From an uncultured delta proteobacterium (GTDB lineage Bacteria > Myxococcota_A > Polyangia > Haliangiales > Haliangiaceae): 64,000 bases of DNA. Of the stretch, positions 1-9,163 are shown piece after piece (positions within the stretch are counted from its first letter, which is position 1; each line of letters begins with the position of its first letter). The DNA is taken from contig CAWKDB010000002.1 in NCBI GenBank assembly GCA_963848295.1, forward strand, positions 1,408,001-1,472,000. The letters run 5' to 3'. The notes under the pieces were generated by a model. The model ran no database searches and had not been told where the DNA came from. It saw only the letters and a list, made by a program, of their open reading frames with translations. Position numbers and translations under genes: made by a program.

Positions 1-1
1 G

Positions 2-433
2 CAGACCGACTACATGGTGCCGTCGAGCTGGCACGCCGTGAAGTCCGCGACGAGGACCTCGGCGACCGTCGTGTGGACTCCAGAGTCCAATCCTCGTCGG
101 GAGTCCATCTCGATCGTGGCGAGCCCGATCGACGAAGCACTCGCACAGTCTGGCCCGGCCGCGCTCGGTCCGCTCGTCGCGCGGGCGCAAGGCGCGCTCG
201 GGCGCGTGGCAACACCGTCGGTGCAGCCGATCTCGAACGAGCACGGCCTATCGGGCGTCGAGGTCCAGGTCGACTTCACGCCACCCGGGCAGACCACTCG
301 CTATCACCGAGTGCATGCGGCGCTGCTCGATGGCAATCGCGTGATTCACGTTCTCTACACCGCCGCGGATCCCGACGCAGCGCTCACCAACTTCAAGCTC
401 GTCGTCGCGAGCCTCGCGCACGAGGAAGGCTGA
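2..433 (+). CDS. DcrB/PsbP-like (DUF1795-like) protein, probably 5'-partial
   Basis: The frame is open to the window edge. The pattern VPSSW...GLSGVEVQVDF...LLDGNRVIHVLYTA...FKLVVASL resembles the PsbP/DcrB fold. The stop is 2 nt before the RHS ATG. Confidence 0.5.
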   Translation, partial: QTDYMVPSSWHAVKSATRTSATVVWTPESNPRRESISIVASPIDEALAQSGPAALGPLVARAQGALGRVATPSVQPISNEHGLSGVEVQVDFTPPGQTTRYHRVHAALLDGNRVIHVLYTAADPDAALTNFKLVVASLAHEEG

Positions 434-435
434 TC

Positions 436-3400
436 ATGTCGATTGTTCGCAATGCGCTGATCACCCTGGCCATCGTCGCGCCGAGCCGCGCGTGGGCGGG
501 CCCGGAGATATGCGGCAACGACATCGACGACGATGGCAACGGACTTGCAGACGAGGGCTGCTATCCATCGCAGACAACAGGAGTGTGCGAATCACCACTA
601 TCCTGCGGCGATACCGGAATGGTGAGCTGGACGACCGGAACACTGCATTACGACCTTCCACCAGACATTGCACCTGCCGTGCCATTCGGTCCCGGAATTG
701 GATTCAGGAGATTCATAACTCCGAGTTATTCCCCGGCCGGATTGACCTTCGGATCAGTCAACGAACAGCCACTAGGCCCGGGCTGGGGTCACACATACAT
801 GACCTGGCTCGACGCTTATACCGTCGGACCGCAGAACTACATCGTGCTGCATACCAGTCAAGGTCGAGACGTACTCTATACGGAAACTGGCGCGTGTGGA
901 AGCGATACTTGCTACGCACCGCAAGCCGGCGATCACGTGATGTCGCTCAAGTACGATCCGACCAACCTCGTCTACTACGTCCAGCTCCTCACGGGCGAGA
1001 CGCTCAAGTACAACGCCGTCGGCCAGATCATCGAGATCTGGGACAACCTGCAGCCGACGCCGAACAAGGTGCTGATCACCTGGGACAGCACGACGAACGG
1101 CAACGTCTCGACGGTGACCGACGCCTCGGGCCAGCGGCGCTTGTTGTTCACGTACACCAATAATTTGTTGACGTCGCTCCAGTTCCAGATCGATTCCGTT
1201 GCAGGCGGCTGGGTGACGCAGCACACGACGACCTACGACTACTCGCTCGGGGTCACGCGCGACGCCACGAGCGGAATGTACGTGCCCGCGAGCTCGGCCG
1301 AATGGACCACGCTCCTGACCGGCACCGGCATCGCGAACCCGACCAACGCCTGGGGCTGTCAGCAGACCTCCGGGAGCCTGAGCGCGTTCATCGGCTCGAC
1401 AGCGCTTACCGCCTTTGGAACCGTGGCCTACAACCAGACGGTATCGGGCTGGTCGCGCAAGGCCGTGACCACGACCAACGGGACATCGGGTGGGTTCCAC
1501 TCCGCGTCGTCGATCTGCAACCCCGCTACTACGGACTGTACCGCGCTCGCGATAGTCGGCGTCACTGCGAACGGCGGCACCACTCGACGCGACGTGCTCA
1601 CCACGGGCGACGGGAACGGCGCACGCACGGCAGTGTTCTCCCCGGTCTATCGCGAGATCGACGGCGAAGAGTACTGGAACTCGTCGCCATCCCTCACCGA
1701 AGGCGTCGGCGGGACCACCAGCACGCCTCGTCCGTGGATCGTTTCGACGAAACACACCTCGTTCACCGGTATGACTGCCGATGGCACCGTCGTCGCGCCG
1801 ACATGGGCCACCGGAACGAGCGCGAGTGGCACGCTCACGCTAGGCGCCGTAAGCCTGCTTCCCGCAGGGGCGCAATATCTGTACGCCGCTGCCTGGAACG
1901 GGACGTCGCTGACCTCCACGCAGCTGAGCACGCTATTCAGCCGCATCGAGAATGGTCCCGGGATTCTCACCTCCGTCACGATCGGCGGCCAACTCGCCCA
2001 GCAATACAAGTACAGCCCGGCGGGCTACATATCTCAGGTGCTCGATGGCGCGGGCACGCAAGTCGCGGAGTTCTCGTTCTCGTCGACCGTGCCGGGCCAG
2101 GTCGATCTGATCACGACCCCGCGAGGGACCGTCGGCTTCGACTACGCCGCGACGCGGACCGGCTGCACGGGCGATACGATTCTCTACTTCGACAGCAACG
2201 GCACCTCGTGCACGACCGACTCGGACTGCAGCGCGTCCGGCTCGATCTGCGGCGGCACCAACGGCACCACCGGTAGCGGCCGCTGCTTCGTCGCCGGGCG
2301 CTGCATGGCGACAAGCACCGCGAACGGTGAAGAGGTGGTCACGAACATCACCCCGCTGGGGCCGGGCGGCGTGAACACGTGCACCGGCGCGTGCGCCGAC
2401 GTCTCGCAGTATTCATGGTCAACGGCGAGCGGCCTCGTGAACGTCATCGGCCGCAAGGACGCGGCCGGCAACTTCACGTCCGCCTCGTACAACTCGAACG
2501 GCCTTCCGACCCAGGTGGGCTACGGTGATACCGATAACGATCCGTCGAACGGGGGAACGAATCGAACCGCCTACTACTTCTACGACTCGACCTTCCCCGG
2601 CCGGCTGGCCGAAGTGCGCCGACCGAGCGACATCAGCTCGAGCTCATCGAGCTGCTCGGCCACGAACACCACCGGATGCGAGCGCACGCTCTACACGTAT
2701 GACTCGACGAGCCAGCAGCTCAAGACGATCGAACAAGACGGCTACACGCTGACCAGCGCGGGCGCCCAGACCACGTACTCGAAGATCATCACGTACTCTC
2801 ACGACTCGGTCGGCCGGATCGGCGAGATCGACGGCGCCGTCTCGGGGATCAAGACGACGTTCGACTACTACCCGCTCTCGACGGGCTCCCACACGAGCTA
2901 CTTCTTGGAGGACTACAAGAGCTACAAGGACGCGACGAACTACCTCGAGCCGCAGATCACCGCATACGACTTCTGGGGCCACCCGACGATCGTCAAGGCT
3001 CCCGATGGCAACTACACGTGCGACACCTACGACAGCGCGCGTGGTTTCTTGGCCACGCGAAACCGAGCGATGGACGGAAACTCGACCTGCGGAGGAACCA
3101 ACATCAGTACCAGCTGGGGGCGCGATAGCTGGCTGCGCCTGATCCAGCTCACGCGTCCTGATACCGGTTGCGTCATGTACGCGTACAACTCCTCGGGCCA
3201 GCTGCAAACGATCAACCGAAGCGACCAGTGCAAGGGCAACACCGGCGACTCGCAGACGATCAACTACGCGGACGGCCTCGTCACCGAGATCGACAGCAAG
3301 AACTCGGCCGGCACGACCACGGCGCAGCAGAAGTACAGCTTCTACGAGGGCCGCCAACTCGAAGAGATCATCAACCCGGACGCGACGTCCACGTACACCA

Positions 3401-6057
3401 ATTTGGTCTACGACGCCGCCGGTAAGCTCACCGAGGTCGACGGCAACAGCAGCCTGTCCAAGACCATCCTCCACTACGACAGCACACCCGGCCGCGACAG
3501 CCGCGTGACCTCGGTCGAGAAGTACAAGACGACCTCGACCTCGGACACCTGGAGCTTGCTCTATGCCTGGATGGGCGGACAATCCCAGTACACCGATGGC
3601 GACAGCAAGGTCACGGGCAGCACGCGCGACGACCTGGGGCGCCTCGTGAAGCTCACGTCGCCCGATCTCGCCGATCCGACCATTCGCGTGTACGACGCCG
3701 CCAGCCGGCTCACGACGATTGTCGAAGACGAGGGCGGAGCCACGCCCGCGACCCACTCGTTCACGTACGACTTCCTGGGTCGACAGCTCAGCGCCGACTA
3801 CCAAGGCTCGTGCGCCACCACCGGCACGGCGCATCCTGAAATCCAGCGCAGCTACGACGCGCTACCTTCTGGGGTCACGTGCCCGATGACCGGCGGCTGC
3901 AACAACCTTGCTGGCCGACTCGCGTACGTCGACGTCATCCTCATGTGCTCGTCGACGTACTCCAGCACTGACGGATCACTCGATCAGCTCACGTTCTATT
4001 CTTATGACGACGCCGGCCGCGTCGTCGAGGAATACATCTCCGACGACACCGGCCGGACCGCCGACCACAAGTACACCTACGACGCCGACGGCCACCTCAC
4101 CAAGGTCATCCTCCCGTCGACCGCCGAGATCGACTGGACCTACGGGACCAGCGGAAACCTATCCGACTCCGATCTCGTGACCGGGATCAGCCGGACGCCA
4201 ACGGTCCCCGTGATCGACACGGTGGCCTGGAACCCGTTTGGACCGTGGGCTTCTTACAACTGGGAGGCAAAGATCGGCGGCACGGCGCTGCAGAACGCCG
4301 TGGCTCGGAACAAGTCGTACCAGATCACGAACGTCTACGGTGCTCGCGTGGGCACGAGCGGAACGGTGAACGCGGAAGTCGACGTCGCCCGCGACAACAT
4401 GAATCGCACCACCTCTCGCGTCTACTCGCCGGCCGTCACCGGCCTCACGAACTCGTACTACCTCTACGACGAGCAGAGCCGCGTGACCTGCGAGACCACG
4501 ACCTCCGTCGGCTCCTGTCCGACGACCGGCTCGGGGATCAAGAACAACCATAGTCTGTCGCCTCCATTTATGAGCGCCGGCGATTGGAAGCAGCTCTTGC
4601 GCCCGATCGCCGGCAGCACCGGCGGCCTCACGAACAACTTCAACAGCTCAGGTACCGGCTATGGCTCGACGCACCAGATCACCGACATCAACCAGTCGGA
4701 CGGCACGCCGGCGTTCGGCCACACCGCAATGGCTTACGACGCGTTCGGCAACCGTTCGTACGACGACAACACGACGACGCTGACCAACGACCGCCGCGAC
4801 TACACCTACGACGCGCGCCACAACCTCGTGAACGTCCGCGGCCAGTACTACACCGGGAGCGCCTGGCACTACTACGATGTCGCGAGCGCGTTCGACGCGA
4901 GAAATCGGCGCGTCTTCAAGTCGTTCTACGACGAGACCACGACCAAGACGGCCCAATGGTTCTTCTACTACGATGCGCCTGACCGATTGACCGAGATCCG
5001 CTACACTCCCGACATCTCGTCATCGGGAACCTACTCCGTGTTTCAGCTCGTCTGGCTCGGCCACAAGCTCATCGCCTATTGGGAAACCGATCAGCCCTCG
5101 GCTACGACCTCCAAACGCTACGTCGCTTCTGACGAAACCGGCCGACCGATGCAACTCTGGAACTGGCCTTCAAGCGGTGACGCGACTCGGGTTTGGGCAA
5201 TCAACCCGAGCGCTTGGGGCTTTGATACGAACGTTCTGGGCCCAAGCCTGTACCAGCCCATCCTCCTGGCCGGTCAGTATCAAGACGTCGAGACAGCAGC
5301 TCTCGAGAATGACGGCGCAACAGTTCATCGGCCACCTCTGTCCTTGAACGGATACAGAAGCTACGATCCGTTTCAAGGCCAATACCTTCAAGTCGACCAA
5401 CTGGTCCCTCAGACGTGGAGCAGTTATGTCTATTGCGATAGTTCACCCATCGGGGAATTCGATCGCAGTGGCCTTCAGAAAAATACAGGCACGTACACGA
5501 ACTACAAGAAGGGCCGCCCTGGGGCCTCCTGCGGTTTGGACATTAGCCCTACCCAAAACAGTGCGGACGGGCTTGGCCACCAGGACGGCGGCCCGCCGGT
5601 TATCGGCGGGCAAGGGAATCTTCCTGATTGGTTGCATGGCGCGCAATCGGCGGGAGAGAGTGACGGAGCGTTTGACACCGACAACGACTCGGGCTGTAGC
5701 GACTTCGGTGAGACCAGCATGGGGCCGGACAGCAGCCAAGGATCGTCTCAAGTAATTCTAACAACGACATTTCCGGGCGATAGGACCGGCCCCGGGATAA
5801 ACGGATGCGGCCCGGAGCCGCTACTGGGGTACGTCGCGAGCGAGTGTTCCGTGTGCCTGCAAGGTTGCGCTGTAGGTCCACTAGAGTCGTGCTTGCATGA
5901 GCTCTGTCCTCCTTTGCAAGTCGACCAACTAAACTCGTGCAAGGAGTCGAGCTGTGAGAACCCCAGCGGGAACAACTCGTGCGCAGTTGAGTGCGGCTTT
6001 GTCCCGATCGAGTCAGGAACTCTGTACAAGCGTCCTCCCGGGATTGTAAATAGGTAG
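436..6057 (+). CDS. RHS/YD-repeat protein with Sec-type signal peptide, MopE-like motif, DUF6531-like region, RHS core and Cys-rich C-terminal domain
   Basis: ATG at 436 follows a GAGGAAGG RBS. Signal-like MSIVRNALITLAIVAPSRAWA, then EICGNDIDDDGNGLADEGC, PLGPGWGHTY, many YD repeats, and the core AGQYQDVET...NGYRSYDPFQGQYLQVD...YVYCDSSPIGEFDRSGL. Confidence 0.93.
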   Translation: MSIVRNALITLAIVAPSRAWAGPEICGNDIDDDGNGLADEGCYPSQTTGVCESPLSCGDTGMVSWTTGTLHYDLPPDIAPAVPFGPGIGFRRFITPSYSPAGLTFGSVNEQPLGPGWGHTYMTWLDAYTVGPQNYIVLHTSQGRDVLYTETGACGSDTCYAPQAGDHVMSLKYDPTNLVYYVQLLTGETLKYNAVGQIIEIWDNLQPTPNKVLITWDSTTNGNVSTVTDASGQRRLLFTYTNNLLTSLQFQIDSVAGGWVTQHTTTYDYSLGVTRDATSGMYVPASSAEWTTLLTGTGIANPTNAWGCQQTSGSLSAFIGSTALTAFGTVAYNQTVSGWSRKAVTTTNGTSGGFHSASSICNPATTDCTALAIVGVTANGGTTRRDVLTTGDGNGARTAVFSPVYREIDGEEYWNSSPSLTEGVGGTTSTPRPWIVSTKHTSFTGMTADGTVVAPTWATGTSASGTLTLGAVSLLPAGAQYLYAAAWNGTSLTSTQLSTLFSRIENGPGILTSVTIGGQLAQQYKYSPAGYISQVLDGAGTQVAEFSFSSTVPGQVDLITTPRGTVGFDYAATRTGCTGDTILYFDSNGTSCTTDSDCSASGSICGGTNGTTGSGRCFVAGRCMATSTANGEEVVTNITPLGPGGVNTCTGACADVSQYSWSTASGLVNVIGRKDAAGNFTSASYNSNGLPTQVGYGDTDNDPSNGGTNRTAYYFYDSTFPGRLAEVRRPSDISSSSSSCSATNTTGCERTLYTYDSTSQQLKTIEQDGYTLTSAGAQTTYSKIITYSHDSVGRIGEIDGAVSGIKTTFDYYPLSTGSHTSYFLEDYKSYKDATNYLEPQITAYDFWGHPTIVKAPDGNYTCDTYDSARGFLATRNRAMDGNSTCGGTNISTSWGRDSWLRLIQLTRPDTGCVMYAYNSSGQLQTINRSDQCKGNTGDSQTINYADGLVTEIDSKNSAGTTTAQQKYSFYEGRQLEEIINPDATSTYTNLVYDAAGKLTEVDGNSSLSKTILHYDSTPGRDSRVTSVEKYKTTSTSDTWSLLYAWMGGQSQYTDGDSKVTGSTRDDLGRLVKLTSPDLADPTIRVYDAASRLTTIVEDEGGATPATHSFTYDFLGRQLSADYQGSCATTGTAHPEIQRSYDALPSGVTCPMTGGCNNLAGRLAYVDVILMCSSTYSSTDGSLDQLTFYSYDDAGRVVEEYISDDTGRTADHKYTYDADGHLTKVILPSTAEIDWTYGTSGNLSDSDLVTGISRTPTVPVIDTVAWNPFGPWASYNWEAKIGGTALQNAVARNKSYQITNVYGARVGTSGTVNAEVDVARDNMNRTTSRVYSPAVTGLTNSYYLYDEQSRVTCETTTSVGSCPTTGSGIKNNHSLSPPFMSAGDWKQLLRPIAGSTGGLTNNFNSSGTGYGSTHQITDINQSDGTPAFGHTAMAYDAFGNRSYDDNTTTLTNDRRDYTYDARHNLVNVRGQYYTGSAWHYYDVASAFDARNRRVFKSFYDETTTKTAQWFFYYDAPDRLTEIRYTPDISSSGTYSVFQLVWLGHKLIAYWETDQPSATTSKRYVASDETGRPMQLWNWPSSGDATRVWAINPSAWGFDTNVLGPSLYQPILLAGQYQDVETAALENDGATVHRPPLSLNGYRSYDPFQGQYLQVDQLVPQTWSSYVYCDSSPIGEFDRSGLQKNTGTYTNYKKGRPGASCGLDISPTQNSADGLGHQDGGPPVIGGQGNLPDWLHGAQSAGESDGAFDTDNDSGCSDFGETSMGPDSSQGSSQVILTTTFPGDRTGPGINGCGPEPLLGYVASECSVCLQGCAVGPLESCLHELCPPLQVDQLNSCKESSCENPSGNNSCAVECGFVPIESGTLYKRPPGIVNR

Positions 6058-6125
6058 CAACGCGGTTCGTACGGGACAAGCGGTAGCGGTTGGCCCGCGC
6101 AACCATGGTCAGGTCGATGATTCAC

Positions 6126-7697
6126 ATGCGAGTTCATAACATAGCGATCATCGTAGTTGGATTTGGAGTAGCGAGTGCGTCCGCCTGCGGCGGACGCGAC
6201 GCCCACAGCCTTGACGCGTCTCCTAGTGATGGCTCGATAGACAGCAGTAGCTACACGAGCGAGCAAGCCTACCTAAAGGCCTCCAATACTGCTGCCGGCC
6301 AAGCGTTCGGCGCAACCGCTGCACTCTCGGCTGATGGGTCAACTTTCGTGATAGGCGCTTATGGCGAGTCGAGCTCGAGTGTCGGCATCGACGGGGATGA
6401 AGCCGGCAGTCTGGCTCCTATGAGTGGCGCGGTGTACGTGTTTCGTCGGGTCGGGACGACCTGGATGCAAGAGGCGTACATCAAGGCGTCCAATACGGAT
6501 AGTAGTGACTATTTTGGGGACAGCGTATCCATATCGTCCGATGGCGGCACAATCGCTGTGGGGGCAGAGGGCGAGGCGAGCTCCGCAACCGGGGTAGATG
6601 GCGACCAGTCGGACAACTCCGCCGTGTCTAGCGGTGCTGTCTATGTGTTCACGCGATCGGCGACGACGTGGACTCAACAGGCGTACATAAAGTCGTCAAA
6701 TACTGGATCCGATGATCTGTTTGGCGCCAGCGTCGCAATTTCGGCGGACGCTTTGACGTTGGTGGTTGGTGCTCCGGGCGAGGCTAGCGCGACGACTGGA
6801 GTGAACGGCGACCAGGCCGACAACGCGGCGCCAATGAGCGGGGCTGCGTACGTGTTTACGTACGACAACTCCACATGGGCTCAGCAAGCTTACGTCAAGC
6901 CATCGAACACCGATGCCGGTGATTTTTTTGGCGGGAGCGTTGCACTCTCGATGGATGGTTCGACGCTAGCGGTCGCGGCCAGCTCCGAAGCCAGCGCGGC
7001 CATGGGCGTGAACGGCAACCAGGCAGACAACACGGCGCCATTTAGCGGCGCGGTTTATACATTCACGCGATCTGCGTCTACGTGGCTCCAGCAAGCCTAC
7101 TTGAAGTCTTCTAACACGGATAGCAACGACTTCTTCGGTAGCAGCGTTTCGCTCTCGCCGGATGGCTCGACCCTGGCGGTTGGAGCACCGGGCGAAGCAA
7201 GTACGGCTAGAGGCATTGATGGAGACCAAGGCGACAACTCGGCTAAGGGCGCCGGTGCCGTGTACTTGTTCTCCCGCCTGGTGACTACGTGGAAGCAAGA
7301 ACATTACCTTAAGGCCTCCAACACCGACGCTGGCGATGGCTTCGGTACGACGGTCGCACTCTCATCCGACGGTACCGCGATCGCCGTAGGCGCCGTCGGC
7401 GAGGCGAGCCAGGCCACTGGTATTGACGGCAACGAAACCGACGACTCCGACTCCCAAGCCGGTGCGGTGTACATATTCGCCGGTTCAGGTTCGACGCTAT
7501 CGCAAGATCATTACGTAAAGGCGTTTAACACGGATGCGATGGATTTTTTCGGGGACTCCATCGCAGTTTCCTCGGACGGCGCGACACTTGCCATCGGGGC
7601 CGTCAACGAGGCCAGTGACGCCACCGGGATAAACGGGGACCAAGCAGACAACTCGGACGCGCATGCAGGAGCAGGCTACGTTTTTGCGGGACTGTGA
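6126..7697 (+). CDS. FG-GAP (integrin alpha-like) beta-propeller repeat protein, probable lipoprotein
   Basis: Seven repeats of Q(Q/E)AYLKASNT..D.FG.SV.LS.DG.TLAVGA.GE...GAVY(V/I)F. Hydrophobic N-terminus ending ASA-CGG. Confidence 0.9.
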   Translation: MRVHNIAIIVVGFGVASASACGGRDAHSLDASPSDGSIDSSSYTSEQAYLKASNTAAGQAFGATAALSADGSTFVIGAYGESSSSVGIDGDEAGSLAPMSGAVYVFRRVGTTWMQEAYIKASNTDSSDYFGDSVSISSDGGTIAVGAEGEASSATGVDGDQSDNSAVSSGAVYVFTRSATTWTQQAYIKSSNTGSDDLFGASVAISADALTLVVGAPGEASATTGVNGDQADNAAPMSGAAYVFTYDNSTWAQQAYVKPSNTDAGDFFGGSVALSMDGSTLAVAASSEASAAMGVNGNQADNTAPFSGAVYTFTRSASTWLQQAYLKSSNTDSNDFFGSSVSLSPDGSTLAVGAPGEASTARGIDGDQGDNSAKGAGAVYLFSRLVTTWKQEHYLKASNTDAGDGFGTTVALSSDGTAIAVGAVGEASQATGIDGNETDDSDSQAGAVYIFAGSGSTLSQDHYVKAFNTDAMDFFGDSIAVSSDGATLAIGAVNEASDATGINGDQADNSDAHAGAGYVFAGL

Positions 7698-7791
7698 TCG
7701 CGGCGGGCCAGAGATCGCCGGAGACGTGCGCCGGCCTATCTCTAATAAACGCTTCATCCCCTGCGGTTGCCCGTCGGGCTAGCATCACGTC

Positions 7792-8127
7792 GTGGTGAGG
7801 ACGGCCTTCCTCATGGTGATTTCGACGCTGGGGTGCACACCGGCGCCGTCATACCCGGCGGCAGTGACCGATCTTAGAATTGGCGAGCGACAGTACGTGA
7901 TCGATGTTAACTACGAACGCCGGTTCGATGTTGAGTTGGCGCGGTCGTTCGCAGATCGCCGTGCGAACGAGTTGTGTTCAGACGGCTACGACCGCTTGAG
8001 CACGCAGGCTGTATCGGTGCCCGAGCCGGGGTTCCCTTGTAGCCGGGACGGGAAGTACGGGAGTTGCAATCAACCAGCGTCGAGGAGTGTGGTTGTGGTG
8101 ATACAATGCCGGTGGCACGGGTTGTAG
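7792..8127 (+). CDS. Small hypothetical lipoprotein
   Basis: Signal peptide with lipobox-like TLG-C; four further Cys; 111 aa. Confidence 0.6.
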   Translation: MVRTAFLMVISTLGCTPAPSYPAAVTDLRIGERQYVIDVNYERRFDVELARSFADRRANELCSDGYDRLSTQAVSVPEPGFPCSRDGKYGSCNQPASRSVVVVIQCRWHGL

Positions 8128-8178
8128 ACAGACCGGTCCGGTGCGTGTCAACGACTTTGAGACGGCGCTCGCACGTAT

Positions 8179-9163
8179 TTAGTGAGCAGCGACCTCCTCG
8201 ATCCGATCCGCGGATGTGATCAGATCCGTGATCGCGATCCGATCCGTGATCCGATCCGCGCTCCCGATCTGATCCATTGGCGGCGGGTTGATCCACGCGG
8301 CGGGTGGCGGCGACTTCTGGATCGGTCGGCCGTTCACGAAGCGCTCGGGGTGACGGAGGTGCGCGGCGTCGAGCACGAGCTGCCGCGCGGCGACGATGGC
8401 GGGCGCGCGACCATGGTGGACATCGGCCGGCGTGAGCAGCGCGAGGCCGGTGTGGTAGTGCGCCGTGTTGTACCAGCCGAGGAGCGGAGCCATCACAGCA
8501 CGCGCGTGCTCGATGGAACCGAAGCGCTCGGGCATCTCCGGTCGGTACTTGATGGTCTTGAAGCCCGCCTCGGAGTACGGGTTGTCGTTCGAGACGTGCG
8601 GCCTGCTGTGGCTCTGCGCGATGCCGAGATCGACGTAGAGCTGCGCGGTCGATTTCGCGATCATCGGCGAGCCGCGGTCCGCGTGTACCGTCAGCTGACC
8701 GCGCACCACCCGCTGCTGCTCGCAGCACGCCGCGATGAGGCGCTGCGCGATCTTCGCCGACTCGCTCTTGGCGATCTGCCAGCCGACGACGTAGCGGCTG
8801 AACAGGTCGAGGATGACGTACAGCGTGTAGTACGTGCCCTTCACCGGACCGGGCAGCTTGGTCGTGTCCCAGGTCCACACCTGGTTCGGCGCGGTCGCGA
8901 CGAGCTGCGGCTTGACGTACTCGGGGTGCCGGCGCTGCGCGCGGCGCTCGCGGACCTGACTGGCGTCGTCGAGCACGCGGTACATCGTGCGCGTCGAACA
9001 CAGGTACTCGCCGTCTTCGAGGAGCTTCGCGTAGACCTGCGCCGGCGCCTTGTCCATGAACGGATCGCTGTCGAGTACCGCGAGCACGTGGGCGCGCTCG
9101 TCCTCACCAAGTGCGCGAGCCGGGCGCGGGCGTGGCTTCATCGGCGCCTTCGGCTTCTGCGCG
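8179..9163 (-). pseudogene. IS3 transposase OrfB (rve/DDE), main 3' portion separated from its 5' end
   Basis: PNQVWTWDTTKL, YVILDLFSRYVVGW, HADRG, SRPHVSNDNPYSEAGFKTIKY. The N-terminal 30 codons lie at 11478-11567. Confidence 0.92.

Noticed and set aside
73..435. Extended N-terminus of the 1994-aa RHS ORF
   Set aside because: It overlaps the upstream gene in another frame and is Arg-rich; the RBS and signal peptide point to the ATG at 436.
6250..7690. Regularly spaced DNA repeats suggesting a CRISPR array
   Set aside because: They are in-frame FG-GAP protein repeats with synonymous variation; there are no identical repeats with unique spacers and no cas genes.
7698..7790. Weak fold-back after the FG-GAP gene
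   Set aside because: The stems are short and GC-rich with no second copy; I cannot distinguish it from chance or a simple terminator.
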